Assembly (NCBI GenBank): GCA_938091905.1
Contig: CALKOM010000001.1
Span: 47,138 to 111,137, forward strand
Origin: an uncultured Verrucomicrobiales bacterium
GTDB taxonomy: Bacteria; Verrucomicrobiota; Verrucomicrobiia; Verrucomicrobiales; DEV007
DNA: 64,000 nucleotides
Reading direction: 5' to 3'
This document shows positions 1-10,616 of the stretch, in pieces. Within the stretch, counting starts at the first letter, position 1. Every line of letters starts with the position of its first letter. The notes beneath the pieces are model-generated. The model did not search any database, was not told where the DNA came from, and saw only the letters and a list, made by a program, of their open reading frames with translations. The translations under genes were made by a program, and so were the position numbers.

Positions 1-99
1 TTTTTGAAGGTGAGCCCATCCACAGAAGAGATTGGCTTCCTTCGGAACACGGGCATGGCAGTTGAGAGGTTCACCCTAGAGTATTGCCGATCGACAGCT

Positions 100-552
100 T
101 TAGACATTGTCAGGCAAATGGCCACTGAGCGTGACCTGAGCGGTCACAAGTTGACGCGTGTCGCAGGTGACCTCGCCTTCAATCTGGATGAGGTTTCCCA
201 AGCGTCCGGCAACACGGACACTGATGTCGAGGCGTTCGCTGGGGACAGCCGTTCCCATGACTTTCACATTCCTCATGGCGGTTAGTCGAACATCGTCCAG
301 CGTCGGTTGACTTGGATCAGACTGGGCGACGACTCCCCCGAGTTGTGCGAGCGCTTCCACCATGATGACGGCAGGGAGCATGGGGCGACCTGGAAAATGG
401 CCACGGAGGAATTCTGCATCTTCTCGAACGGTGTAGTGAGCGATGCCGCTCAGACCCGGGTCCAAGGCGCTGAGTTCGTCCACGAACCGAAATTCGTCAC
501 CGTGCGGGAGGCTCTTGAGCGATTGAAGAAGGGCGTCTTGAGTGGCAGCCAT
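100..552 (-). CDS. FabA/FabZ-family 3-hydroxyacyl-ACP dehydratase (hotdog fold)
   Basis: Motifs LPHG.EFRFVD and GHFPGRPMLPAVIMVEALAQ. ATG at 552 preferred over the ORF start at 585. Confidence 0.85.
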   Translation of the reverse strand: MAATQDALLQSLKSLPHGDEFRFVDELSALDPGLSGIAHYTVREDAEFLRGHFPGRPMLPAVIMVEALAQLGGVVAQSDPSQPTLDDVRLTAMRNVKVMGTAVPSERLDISVRVAGRLGNLIQIEGEVTCDTRQLVTAQVTLSGHLPDNV

Positions 553-591
553 TTTAAACCCTCTATGGGGAGGGAGCCGACGCAAGTCCTA

Positions 592-1623
592 TCAGGGAAC
601 CTTCTTTGGGACTTTCCCTGAAGACAGTGTTAACGTGCTCTTGAAAGGAGCCGTCTCGCCTTCTGCTGTTCCAGGAAGACCAAGACTATGCAGCGTGCCG
701 TCCAATCTGACAACGGAGCTGACGATTTGTCTCTGCTCGAGATCCACCAAGGTCAGACCGCGTATCTTGGACAGCTTGATGGCGAGGCCTGGGCTGTCTT
801 CGACTGTTTCATCCTCATGGAGTGTCATTTCCAGATGACCCTTCAGTTTCACCAAAGCAAGTCGCTTACCATTGTGCACCTTAAAGCCCGAGAAGTTTCC
901 TGTCATGTCCCAGCTTGCTTGGCCATGGGTAGGAATGAGCATGGTGTCAACGATATTCCATTTGCTTCCCGTGGGAACAGGTTCGGGCGGAAAGCCTTGG
1001 TGGAGCAAGGTTTGTGTTAGTTTGTCTAAGGGGAGTCGTGCTAACGCTGTTTCGGTCTTCGTCGGAATCTGTTTGACTTTGCCGGTATCCTTCTTGAGTA
1101 AGCGCACTCGATGCCTGCCATCTTTTGTTCTCGTCAATTGGTAGCGATGACGCACCAATTGTTCTGTGTGTTGCAACAGGGTGCCTTGAATGCCCTGACG
1201 ATCTTGAAATCTTAGTGGAATGATAGGATCAAAGTAGTAGCGGCTGCGATCCCCGCCCACCTTGAGATCCAAACGGACCTGATCGCTACAAATTTCCCAG
1301 CCCAGGTCCCCAGCGGGGATGAGGTGAAAATGTTGGCGCCATTCAAGCGTTTGTTTCCCGAGGCCTGCCACCGTGGCGACTGCTTCAAAGCGTTGAGTCC
1401 AATGATAGCATTCTCCGTCTTTCCAGTCGGGCCTCAAGAAGTAAGTAGGTTCTTCCTCTACCACCACTGGAGCAGAGATAATCTCCTCTTGGGCGCATAT
1501 GGACAGCGCCCAAGCCAGGTAGCCAAAGCAGCCAGTGAGAAAGGGGCTAGGAACGGTCATTACGAACGACGCCGAGGTTCCCATAGGGGGAGCACTGCAA
1601 CAAGGCAATTCGGTAAGAGACAT
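592..1623 (-). CDS. hypothetical protein, probably exported (start uncertain)
   Basis: 343-aa ORF filling the gap between neighbours. A hydrophobic stretch ending LSICA-QEE resembles a signal peptide; no recognised motif. Confidence 0.6.
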   Translation of the reverse strand: MSLTELPCCSAPPMGTSASFVMTVPSPFLTGCFGYLAWALSICAQEEIISAPVVVEEEPTYFLRPDWKDGECYHWTQRFEAVATVAGLGKQTLEWRQHFHLIPAGDLGWEICSDQVRLDLKVGGDRSRYYFDPIIPLRFQDRQGIQGTLLQHTEQLVRHRYQLTRTKDGRHRVRLLKKDTGKVKQIPTKTETALARLPLDKLTQTLLHQGFPPEPVPTGSKWNIVDTMLIPTHGQASWDMTGNFSGFKVHNGKRLALVKLKGHLEMTLHEDETVEDSPGLAIKLSKIRGLTLVDLEQRQIVSSVVRLDGTLHSLGLPGTAEGETAPFKSTLTLSSGKVPKKVP

Positions 1624-1671
1624 GTGTTTCTAGGCTGGCAAATCCATACGAGTGTGGGACGGTGATCTTTC

Positions 1672-2556
1672 ATGAAAGGACTCGCACTTATGGCCACTAC
1701 TGTCTTGCTGGGTACTCAATTTGTCGCCGCGCAGAAGATTGATTCTAAGGACCTGTTAACATTTGCAAAGCATACCCTAGACTTTGCCCAAGTTGATGGG
1801 CATACGCTCAAGCTTGATCTCTACCTTCCCAAGAATCGTGTGAAGTCACCACTGATAGTTTATGTGCATGGTGGAGCGTGGCGTGCTGGGAGTCGAGAGG
1901 GCCTGCCACTGTTGGAGCTGTTGAATCATGGATGGGTGATTGCTAGTGTCGACTACCGGCTGTCTGGGGATGCGAAGTTTCCAGCGCAGGTTCATGATAT
2001 CAAAGCAGCGATTCGTTTCTTGCGTGCCAAAGAAAGTGCCTATGGCTACGATGCGAAGTCCATTGCCATTACCGGGTCGTCTGCGGGCGGTCATCTTGCT
2101 GCGTTGGTCGGTGTCAGCAATGGGCATGAGGCTTTGGAAGGAGACATCGGTGACCATTCAGATGTCAATAGCTCAGTGCAAGCTATCGTTAGTTTCTATG
2201 GGGCTTCGAATTTATCGACAATACTGAGTCAGTCGACGCCGCATGGTTTGAGCGTACGTGTGCCTGCGCTCGATCTCTTGCTCGGTGGTTCACCCGAAGC
2301 CGAACCGGAATTAGCACAACTTGCTAGCCCAGTTGTTCATGTGGATGCCAAGGATCCGCCGCTCTTGCTCCTTCATGGCGATCAGGACCTTCAGATGCCG
2401 ATTAACCAGTCTCACGAGCTTGAAGGTGCCTATAAGAAAGCCGGGGCACCTGTTCGCTTTGAAATCGTGCATGGCGGGGCTCACGGGGGTGAGCACTTCT
2501 ACACTTCAGATCAGCTAGAAGGTGTTTCAGCTTTCCTCAGAGAGACTTCTCAATGA
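1672..2556 (+). CDS. secreted alpha/beta hydrolase (HSL/BD-FAE-like esterase)
   Basis: Signal peptide, HGGAW oxyanion motif, GSSAGG nucleophile elbow, HGDQD and a C-terminal His (GAHG). Confidence 0.9.
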   Translation: MKGLALMATTVLLGTQFVAAQKIDSKDLLTFAKHTLDFAQVDGHTLKLDLYLPKNRVKSPLIVYVHGGAWRAGSREGLPLLELLNHGWVIASVDYRLSGDAKFPAQVHDIKAAIRFLRAKESAYGYDAKSIAITGSSAGGHLAALVGVSNGHEALEGDIGDHSDVNSSVQAIVSFYGASNLSTILSQSTPHGLSVRVPALDLLLGGSPEAEPELAQLASPVVHVDAKDPPLLLLHGDQDLQMPINQSHELEGAYKKAGAPVRFEIVHGGAHGGEHFYTSDQLEGVSAFLRETSQ

Positions 2557-2655
2557 CTTGGGACGCCGTTTCTTGTGAAAAGATGGCTGTATTAGACCTT
2601 GTGCGTTTCTGAGATTCCGCTCGACGATGGTCTTGCCTGGGGCAGGATGCTGGCG

Positions 2656-3090
2656 ATGAAGTCCTCGTTTGAATACCTGGTGACGGGATAGGTGTGGATG
2701 TCACGGCGGAGGCTGTGCGCGTCTTGGACGCCGTTGTTGCTGGTAACGACGCGGTCTCACTTACCTATCGCGAAGTTTCGGTCTGTGCAGGCGAGTTTCT
2801 CCGTAGTGGCGACCCTCTTCCGGAATCAGCGTTCAACGCTTGTCGAGAGGCGGATGCCTTCTTGTTTGGTGCCATGGGGCTTCCCAGCGTCCGCTGGCCA
2901 GACGGTCGAGAAATGACTCCCCAGATAGATCTTCGGGAGCGCCTGGATCTGTACGCAGGCCTGCGTCCGATCTATCTCTACGCGGCAGAAGATTCTCCCT
3001 TGAAGAAACATCAAGCGGGCGACATCGGCTTCCTGTTAGTTCGTGAAAACACCGAGGGCCTCTTTGCTGCCTGTCTCAATGCGACACGCC
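2656..3090 (+). pseudogene. N-terminal remnant of an isocitrate/isopropylmalate (tartrate-like) dehydrogenase
   Basis: IPGDGIG-VDV at 2673, then LFGAMG, LDLYAGLRP and VRENTEG. The ATG at 2656 is out of frame, a TGA (2670-2672) precedes IPG, and the C-terminal half is missing. Confidence 0.8.
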
Positions 3091-3091
3091 T

Positions 3092-4003
3092 GTCGAAGGA
3101 GGCCAGTGGACGCTGGCTTCGGAGACCCCATTCGCCAAGGGCGCTGTCTTTGGCTTTCGAAACTCACATTTGCCCAAATGGGTCGAGGAGAAGACTGCTG
3201 GAAAGTGCCTAGCCAGTAACGTAGGCTCGATCGATCTGCCAACCATTCGGCGTGGGCCTGAGGCGGTAGCTGAACAACTTACTACCTTTGCTCCGGGATC
3301 AGTTGGCGTTGTCAATGAACTGAACATGAGCGACATGGAGGTCGTGGTGGCGGCCATTCTGGATGCGGAAGCCCAAGGCCAGCGGTTCCTTTATCGCACG
3401 GCAGCTTCATTCGTACGAGCCCGAGCAGGGCTACCCAAGAAGCCGTGGCTGGAAGGAGAAGAGTTGGTGTCGGCAGGTGGGCAAACGGGAGGTCTGGTTG
3501 TTGTGGGTTCTTACGTGCCGAAGACGACTCAGCAGTTGGATGTACTCCCAGATTCTAAGGTCTTGACCCCTGTTGAAATCGATGTGGCCGCTCTACTAGA
3601 AGTTGAGTTGCTTGATGCCCTGTTCGCTGAGCTGAACGAACGTCTGGCCAGGGGGGAATCCTGCGTTGTTTACACGAGTCGCAAGTTGATCACGGGAGAG
3701 TCCGATGCCGAGAATCTCAGCATCGGCCAGAAAGTTTCGCAAACGTTAGTTAATCTTGTGAAGCAGCTCCCACAAGCGCCACGCTACCTGGTGGCGAAGG
3801 GGGGAATCACCTCAAGCGACCTTGCTACGAAAGCGCTTGGCATGTGCGGTGCGATCGTCAGAGGGCAGATCTTGCCGGGCATTCCAGTCTGGCAGCCTGA
3901 TGAGAAGACGCTCTTCCCAGGATTGCCTTACGTCGTCTTCCCAGGGAATGTTGGCAGTGATACTGCTTTGTTAGAAGCCGTTCGCAAACTGGACCATGAG
4001 TAA
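3092..4003 (+). pseudogene. 5'-truncated four-carbon acid sugar kinase (DUF1537/OtnK-DtnK family)
   Basis: ETPFAK..FGF..SHLPKWVEEKT, RTAASFV, VVVGSYVPKTTQQL, AKGGITSSD and FPGNVG are present. The N-terminal DD-x-TG region and a proper start are absent. Confidence 0.75.
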
Positions 4004-5059
4004 GAAACTGAAAGGAATGTGCGTGGGACCCGGTTACTTCAGCCGTTTCCAATACGAAGCCTGGGCTCGGATCCCAGAGGTTGACATTGTCGCGATCTGC
4101 AATCGCTCTGCAGAGAAAGCCCAGGAGATCGCCGATGAGCATGGCGTCCCGCGGGTGTCCTCGGTGACAGACTTTGAGAAGGTCCTTACCGAAGAGAAAC
4201 CAGACTTTGTGGATATCATTACGCCGCCGGAGACGCATCTCGATCTTTGCAAGATCGCGGTGGCTCATGGGGGGATGTTATTTGCCAGAAGCCGCTGGCA
4301 CCCATATACGAGGAAATGTTAGAGCTTGCGTCCTTGGCCAAGGAATCCTCAGGCCGTTTCATGGTGCATGAGAATTGGTGCTGGCAACCCTGGTATCGCG
4401 AACTCAAACGCCTGATCACCGAAGGAACGCTTGGAGAGATCTATCATTTCACCATTCAAACACGTCTCGGGGATGGTTGGGGTGAAGATGCCTATCTTGC
4501 AAGGCAGTCGTTCTTTAGAGAGTATCCGCGGCTATTCATCTTTGAAACCGGCGTTCATTTCCTCGACACCTTTCGCTTTCTCTTTGGCGAAGTGAAATCG
4601 ATCTACGCACGAACCGCACAGCGAAATCCTGTCATCAAAGGGGAAGACAGTGCACGCATCATCTGCGAAATGGAGAACGGCATCACGATCGTGCTTGATG
4701 CCAATCGCTACAACGAATGCGAAGCAGGAGATCCGCGTTACACCTTCGGCCAATATAGTATCGAAGGGAGCAAGGGCCATCTGGAGATGAACGAAGAAGG
4801 GAATATGCGCCTCAAGCTTCTTGGAGAGCCAAGTAGAGAGGACGCGTATCACCATGAGAAGTGCCAGTTTGCCGGTGATTGTGTCCATGCGCTGCAGCAG
4901 CACTTTGTGACCTCGGCGCAGAACAACACCCCCTTTTAAAGCACGCCAGAGGATTATTTGAAGAGCGTCTTGTTAGTTGAGCAAGCCTACGAGTCGGCTG
5001 CCGAGAATCGGGTGGTGACTGTAGACAACTGGACAACCGGGGTGTTACCTGGGACGTAA
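3996..5059 (+). pseudogene. Gfo/Idh/MocA oxidoreductase, disrupted
   Basis: Rossmann-like VGPGYFS, DIITPP, ICQKP, HENW and ETGVHFLD. Frameshift at the G6 run 4269-4274. Premature TAA at 4937-4939 is followed by an in-frame family-like tail STPEDYLKSVLLVEQAYESA. Confidence 0.8.
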
Positions 5060-5072
5060 GGTTGACGACGCT

Positions 5073-5747
5073 ATGGCGACACCAATCATCCAAGCAGAAG
5101 GTTTGACCAAGGCTTTTGGCTCGAACGAGGTCTTACGCTCTGTCGACCTCGAGCTAGCCACGGGTGAGCGGGTGGCATTAATTGGACCATCCGGTTCAGG
5201 CAAGAGCACGCTCTTGAACTGCTTGGGAGGGTTGGAGCGTGTGGATGGTGGATCGCTAATCTTTGATGGTCTGGAGATGCAAGAGATGGGTGGCGATGCT
5301 CTGGCCGCCTTGCGGCGCGAGCGGCTGAGTTCGATTTTTCAGTTCTTTCACCTTTTGCCGACGCTGACGGCGGAAGAGAATGTGGCGTTTCCCTTGCGTT
5401 TGTTAGACTTGTCTTCAGAGGAACGCGACCAACGAGTCGAGGATCTGATGGATAAGGTGCAACTCACGCCGCGAAAACATGCCTTGCCAGAACAGCTCAG
5501 TGGTGGAGAACAGCAGCGTGTGGCCATTGCGCGTGCGCTGGCCATACGGCCGAAGTTGATCCTCGCAGATGAACCTACAGGAAATCTGGATAGTGTTACG
5601 GGAGCTGCCATTCTAGAACTGATCGAGTCGTTGACTGAAGCCTACCAAACAGGGCTTGTGCTAGTAACGCATAGTCTGGAAGCGACTCGGATTTGTCACC
5701 GAACCTTGCGCATGCGTGATGGCGTCATTCTGGAGGAAGGAGTGTAG
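5073..5747 (+). CDS. ABC transporter ATP-binding protein (LolD/MacB-like)
   Basis: Walker [39 protein letters not shown]. Confidence 0.95.
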   Translation: MATPIIQAEGLTKAFGSNEVLRSVDLELATGERVALIGPSGSGKSTLLNCLGGLERVDGGSLIFDGLEMQEMGGDALAALRRERLSSIFQFFHLLPTLTAEENVAFPLRLLDLSSEERDQRVEDLMDKVQLTPRKHALPEQLSGGEQQRVAIARALAIRPKLILADEPTGNLDSVTGAAILELIESLTEAYQTGLVLVTHSLEATRICHRTLRMRDGVILEEGV

Positions 5748-5756
5748 TTCATTTGT

Positions 5757-8348
5757 ATGCGCGTTTGGTTTGATGAGCTGGTCTTGCTGTGGCGGCAGTT
5801 TACGTGGCGTCATTGGTGTGCAGCTCCATGGAAGACCCTGCTACTGACTGGCATTCTCGCGCTTGGAGTGGCGGTCTTCTTCTCGATCCGCCTAGCGAAT
5901 CGCGCAGCAGTAGCAGGCTTTCAGCTTTTTTCAGAGAATGTGACGGGCACGAGTGACTATGTGCTAACCTCAGCGGCCGGTGAGCTTCCGATCGAGTTGT
6001 TGCAAGAGATGCGAGTGGCTTTGGGAGACATTCCTGCCGGACTGTTTCCAGTGTTAGAGTCCACGGCGATTAAGCCGATGGTTGGCACGGAAGGCTTAGG
6101 CGCGACGTCGTTTCAGGTGATCGGAGTGGATCTTGCGACGCTCCCTAACATTACTTATCTTTCGGAAAATGGAGAGACGTCCATGGTCTCCGATTCTGGC
6201 CAGTTGAGCGACACTGAATTGGGGAGCGACTCGGCGTTGTTTATCTCGAGCACGTTGGCTGCCAAACATGAATGGGAGGAGAGCGACCAAGTCTCACTAA
6301 TCTTTGACGATCAAATTCACGAGTGTCTGATCGCCGGTGTGCTGCCGGGTGGCGACTTTGCTGTGCAGCAGCCAGACAATCTTATCGTGATGGATTTGCC
6401 GCAACTGCAGTCGATCACGTCGCAGATGGATCGTGTGCACCGAGTGGAAGTTCGAGTGCCAGCAGGGCAGTGGGAAGTTGCCTGGAAAGGAGAAGCAGGT
6501 GAGCGTTTGGAGAGGGCGGCTGACGGGCGTTGGCTTGTTGAGACGCCAGATCAGCGCCGAGAAACGGGGAGTACGATGACAAAGGCGTTTCGGATGAACC
6601 TCAGCATCCTGTCATGCCTAGCATTGATCGTGGGTATTTATTTGATTTTGCAGGCACTGGACGCTGCCGTCGTTAGACGACGGCCAGAGATTGCAACCTT
6701 ACGTGCTTTGGGCGTGTCGCCGAAGCGGATTCGTCAAGCCTGGCAGATGGAGGCTTTTGTGATGGGAGTAGTTGGAACGGCGATTGGCCTATTGATCGGT
6801 TGGGGCTTGGCGCAATTCACCGTGCGGGCTATTGCGCAGACTGTGAATGCTCTCTACTATAGTAACACTACAGCTGCAGCGGGGTGGCATTGGGGAGAGG
6901 CGCTGATGGCGGGCTTGGTCGGCGTTCTCGCTAGTGGAATTGCTGGGTGGTTGCCGGCGAAGGATGCCTCGCAGACGCCGCCAGCACAAATGCTGCAGCG
7001 AGGGGCTCGCTCAGACGGTCTCCGCCTTCTGACGAAGCCGTGGCTCGGGGTGGGCTTGTTGGTCGTGGCGATGCTGGCGCACGTGGCACCACCTTGGCGC
7101 GATGCCGCTGGCGGTGTGGTGCCTTTGGCCGGCTACGCGGCAGCGTTTCTTTGGGTGGCCGGTGCTGGCATCTTGTGTGGTACTCTGTTTCGCTCACTTG
7201 CTTGCGTAGGCACGGCTGCAAGTTCAGAGAGACCAGCGATGTTTTATGCAGCGAGCCAGCTGCGAAAGGCTACGGGTCGGCATCGTCTAGCGACGGCGGG
7301 GCTGGTCGTCGCGGTGGCGATGGCTGGCGGGATGAGTATTCTCGTTGGCAGTTTTGAGTCGACCGTGACGCGATGGTTAGACAGTGTCATGAAAGCCGAT
7401 CTCTTTGTGGCCTGTCAGGGCATTGGCAATGCGTCGAGCCGTAACCGTCTTCAGGAATCGACTTGGCGAGCTCTTCAGAAGGAAGCGTCCGTGGCAAACT
7501 GTGAAGTGTCTCAGTTCTATCGCATTCGTTTGGGGGAGAAACTGACGATCTTGGCTGGCGTCGATCTAAAAGCTTCCCAGGGTTCATTGGCACCCATCTG
7601 GCTGGAGGCACCGCCTGCGGATCTTGCCGAAGTGGAGGGAAGGAGCTGGGGCGTCATGAGTGAGCCGTTTGCCTATCGGTTTAACACGAAGGTTGGGGAT
7701 ACGGTGGATGTGCCGACGCCGAAGGGGCCGCGGAAGGTGACGTTGGCAGGAATTTTCGCAGACTACGGCAATGAATTTGGAAGCATTGTTGTGGAGAGAG
7801 AGATTCTCAGCGATTGGTTCGAGGATACTCGGGCCGCGCGTATGGCGATTTCTCTCGACGACTCGGCGGATCTCTCTGCCATCCAAGCGGATTGGCTCCA
7901 GCGCTATCCTGGCATTGTGGTGACAAATAATCGCGAGTTGCGAGGCGAAGCATTGCGCATCTTTCACCAGACCTTTGCTGTGACCCATGGTTTGAAATGG
8001 ATCGGGGTCTTTGTCGCGGTGGCGGGTCTCGCGCTTGCGTTAGCGAGCATGCTTGCGGAACGGCTTCGCGAACTTACAACTTTGCGTGCGCTCGGGCTTG
8101 GCCATCGTGAGATTGGTCGCGCCGCGGCCTGGGAGAGCCTTGGGCTGGCGATGGTGGGACTGACTGTGGGCATTTCTCTTAGCTTGGTGCTGGGCCACCT
8201 CATCATCTTCGTCATCAATCGTCAGGCTTTTGGCTGGACCCTGCTTTTCAAAGTGCCGTGGTCTGACCTCGCGATTCTGGCAGGCGGCGTGCTGGCGATT
8301 TCTGCCATCGTCGGGTATGTGACCGGTGCCCGTGTGGGCAAGGCCTAA
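5757..8348 (+). CDS. ABC transporter permease (duplicated MacB-PCD/FtsX)
   Basis: 863 aa with two repeats of TM + periplasmic domain + RRxEIATLRALG/ERLRELTTLRALG. Starts 9 nt after the ATPase. Confidence 0.9.
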   Translation: MRVWFDELVLLWRQFTWRHWCAAPWKTLLLTGILALGVAVFFSIRLANRAAVAGFQLFSENVTGTSDYVLTSAAGELPIELLQEMRVALGDIPAGLFPVLESTAIKPMVGTEGLGATSFQVIGVDLATLPNITYLSENGETSMVSDSGQLSDTELGSDSALFISSTLAAKHEWEESDQVSLIFDDQIHECLIAGVLPGGDFAVQQPDNLIVMDLPQLQSITSQMDRVHRVEVRVPAGQWEVAWKGEAGERLERAADGRWLVETPDQRRETGSTMTKAFRMNLSILSCLALIVGIYLILQALDAAVVRRRPEIATLRALGVSPKRIRQAWQMEAFVMGVVGTAIGLLIGWGLAQFTVRAIAQTVNALYYSNTTAAAGWHWGEALMAGLVGVLASGIAGWLPAKDASQTPPAQMLQRGARSDGLRLLTKPWLGVGLLVVAMLAHVAPPWRDAAGGVVPLAGYAAAFLWVAGAGILCGTLFRSLACVGTAASSERPAMFYAASQLRKATGRHRLATAGLVVAVAMAGGMSILVGSFESTVTRWLDSVMKADLFVACQGIGNASSRNRLQESTWRALQKEASVANCEVSQFYRIRLGEKLTILAGVDLKASQGSLAPIWLEAPPADLAEVEGRSWGVMSEPFAYRFNTKVGDTVDVPTPKGPRKVTLAGIFADYGNEFGSIVVEREILSDWFEDTRAARMAISLDDSADLSAIQADWLQRYPGIVVTNNRELRGEALRIFHQTFAVTHGLKWIGVFVAVAGLALALASMLAERLRELTTLRALGLGHREIGRAAAWESLGLAMVGLTVGISLSLVLGHLIIFVINRQAFGWTLLFKVPWSDLAILAGGVLAISAIVGYVTGARVGKA

Positions 8349-8393
8349 GAATCTTTGGTCGACTCCGGTGACCAAGAGTGTCCAAGCTGGGGA

Positions 8394-9974
8394 ATGTTCC
8401 GCTTCTTTAGACGCCGACCGATCATCACGGCCTTTCTCTTGCTGCTAGTTGGGGTGGGCATCTTCGTGAGAGTGCGTATGCACGGGCCTTATCGTGACTA
8501 CCGTGTGTCCCAGGCCTGGGTTTCTCAGGCTCCGGCGGACGAAGCGCTTTTAGTGGGAGCAGCCATGCGAGACATCACGCCAGAGTTGGCGGCGTATGAT
8601 TCATGGGTCGATGCGGATCAGAATTCGAAGTTTGAGCCCGACAAGGGGGATACTTATGAAGACCGAAACGGAAATGGCGACTTCGACTTTGTTTGGTTAG
8701 GTGGGTTTGATGCAAATAGGCCCGCTCAGGGAGTCAACGACCCGCTCAGTTCGCGAGCCATTGCTGTTCGGCATGGGGAACGTACCGTAGTATTGGTGAG
8801 CATTGATAGTGTGGGATTGACTCATGAGCGGTTTATCAGAATCCGAAAGTCGATCGATCATGCTGCTTATGGCATCGATCACATCATCTTCTCCAGCACG
8901 CATACTCATAATAGCCCGGACACGATGGGCATTTGGAGCTACCGCCGGTTGCCCTTCCGTTTTGATCACGACTACATTGATTTGCTCACAGTTAGGACAC
9001 GAGAAGCCATCTTGGACGCGATGAGCAATCTGCAGCCAGCTGAAACGAGCTATGCTTCGTTGCAAATGGAGCCTGCTGGCTACGTTCGAGATTCTCGAAA
9101 GCCTGAAGTGTATGATCGTGTGTTGGGTGCTGTGCACTTCAAGGGAAAGGATACGCAAGAGACGATCGCTACGCTCGTAAGTTGGGGAAATCACCCTGAG
9201 GCAATGGGTAGCAAAAACCCGCTGGTGAGTTCGGACTTCGTTCACTACTTGCGTGAAGGTGTAGAGAAAGGGTTGCCTGAGCCTAACGGATGTCGGGGGC
9301 TCGGTGGCCTGTGCGTGTTCTTTCAAGGAACCGTCGGTGGACTAATGACCCCACTGGGAGTCGACGTTCCTGACCGGGATGGTGTCACCATCCACGAAGA
9401 AGATGGTCCAGGAAAGACGAAAGCGCTTGGTGAAAACCTTGCGCTTCGTACAGTGGCATTGTTAGAAAGCGAATCGACACCTCTGCAATCGAACAAACTC
9501 GCTTTGGCTGCCGAAACGATCTTTGTGCCGATTACTGGTACCTACAAATATCCCATTATGCTCGGTGTCATCCATCCGGGTTGGTACGACGGCAATGCCA
9601 AGTCGGAAATCAATGCCCTTCGTCTCGGTGAGGTCGAGATGCTCATGATCCCTGGCGAGATCTATCCCGAGATTGTCGATGGCGGCGTAGAGTCCCCTGA
9701 GGGCGCCGATTTCCCTGGGGAGCCGATCGAAGCGCCTCCTCTACGCCCTCAGATGAAAGGCGAGCTCAATCTTGTGATCGGCCTCGCGAATGACGAGATC
9801 GGCTACATCCTCCCGAGAACACAGTGGGACAGCAAAGCCCCCTACACCTACGGTCGGGACAAGCGTCCCTACGGGGAAATCACGTCAGGTGGCTCAGGGT
9901 TGGGACCTATTATTTACCAAAAGTCAAAAGCAGTGCTCACCGAGCTCCATAACACTAGCGGGCCACTCGAATAG
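8394..9974 (+). CDS. neutral/alkaline ceramidase-like metallohydrolase, N-terminally anchored
   Basis: RDITP, SSTHTHNSPD, WGNHPE, SSDF, PGEIYPE and GLANDEIGYI motifs. N-terminal TM segment. ATG at 8394. Confidence 0.75.
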   Translation: MFRFFRRRPIITAFLLLLVGVGIFVRVRMHGPYRDYRVSQAWVSQAPADEALLVGAAMRDITPELAAYDSWVDADQNSKFEPDKGDTYEDRNGNGDFDFVWLGGFDANRPAQGVNDPLSSRAIAVRHGERTVVLVSIDSVGLTHERFIRIRKSIDHAAYGIDHIIFSSTHTHNSPDTMGIWSYRRLPFRFDHDYIDLLTVRTREAILDAMSNLQPAETSYASLQMEPAGYVRDSRKPEVYDRVLGAVHFKGKDTQETIATLVSWGNHPEAMGSKNPLVSSDFVHYLREGVEKGLPEPNGCRGLGGLCVFFQGTVGGLMTPLGVDVPDRDGVTIHEEDGPGKTKALGENLALRTVALLESESTPLQSNKLALAAETIFVPITGTYKYPIMLGVIHPGWYDGNAKSEINALRLGEVEMLMIPGEIYPEIVDGGVESPEGADFPGEPIEAPPLRPQMKGELNLVIGLANDEIGYILPRTQWDSKAPYTYGRDKRPYGEITSGGSGLGPIIYQKSKAVLTELHNTSGPLE

Positions 9975-10012
9975 TAGTGTGATTTCTCCTGAGAGTGTGG
10001 TAGTCATCGGCG

Positions 10013-10612
10013 ATGAAGCTTCTCCCGTTTCTTCTGATTGTGATCGCTCACACCACTTCATTCGCTGGGATGATCTTTCAGTTCGACAATCAAACTACCG
10101 CCATTGGAATTGCGTTAGACAATCAGACTTCAGGGACTTTCGGCGTGGGTGGCATCCAGATGACCGCTACTGCAAGTACTGGTGTTTTCAACACAACCGC
10201 CGACAACTTTGGTATCAATCAACAGGCATCTAACGATGACACCGATGGATTTGACTTCACGGAAGGCGGCGGTTCCGGTGTTGCCGAAGGGCTCACCATC
10301 AAATTTGATCAGAATGTTCTCCTTGAGAACTTTGATGTGAGTTCTTTTAATGCTGGAAACGACCAGATATCGCTGAAGGTTGGAGCAAGCAACGTTGCAA
10401 CAGTGACTGGCACTGGCACGACTTCGCTGGGCAACTTTGCGTTGACTGCAAATACTGATTTGCTGATAAGCACTACGGGAGGAATCTATGGTAACGGCTG
10501 GTCACTGGACTTTATCGAGGTCAGCGCAGCCCCCGTTCCAGAACCATCCTCGATGCTTCTTGCGGGAGGACTCACCCTTCTTCTAATCGGTCATCGCCGC
10601 CGCAAAGTCTAG
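10013..10612 (+). CDS. PEP-CTERM sorting domain protein
   Basis: Signal peptide; C-terminus VPEPSS + hydrophobic helix + HRRRKV. Confidence 0.9.
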   Translation: MKLLPFLLIVIAHTTSFAGMIFQFDNQTTAIGIALDNQTSGTFGVGGIQMTATASTGVFNTTADNFGINQQASNDDTDGFDFTEGGGSGVAEGLTIKFDQNVLLENFDVSSFNAGNDQISLKVGASNVATVTGTGTTSLGNFALTANTDLLISTTGGIYGNGWSLDFIEVSAAPVPEPSSMLLAGGLTLLLIGHRRRKV

Positions 10613-10616
10613 TTTC

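Noticed and set aside
1..56. Possible minus-strand gene start (MPVFRRKPISSVDGLTFK) running off the left edge
   Set aside because: Too short to support within this window.
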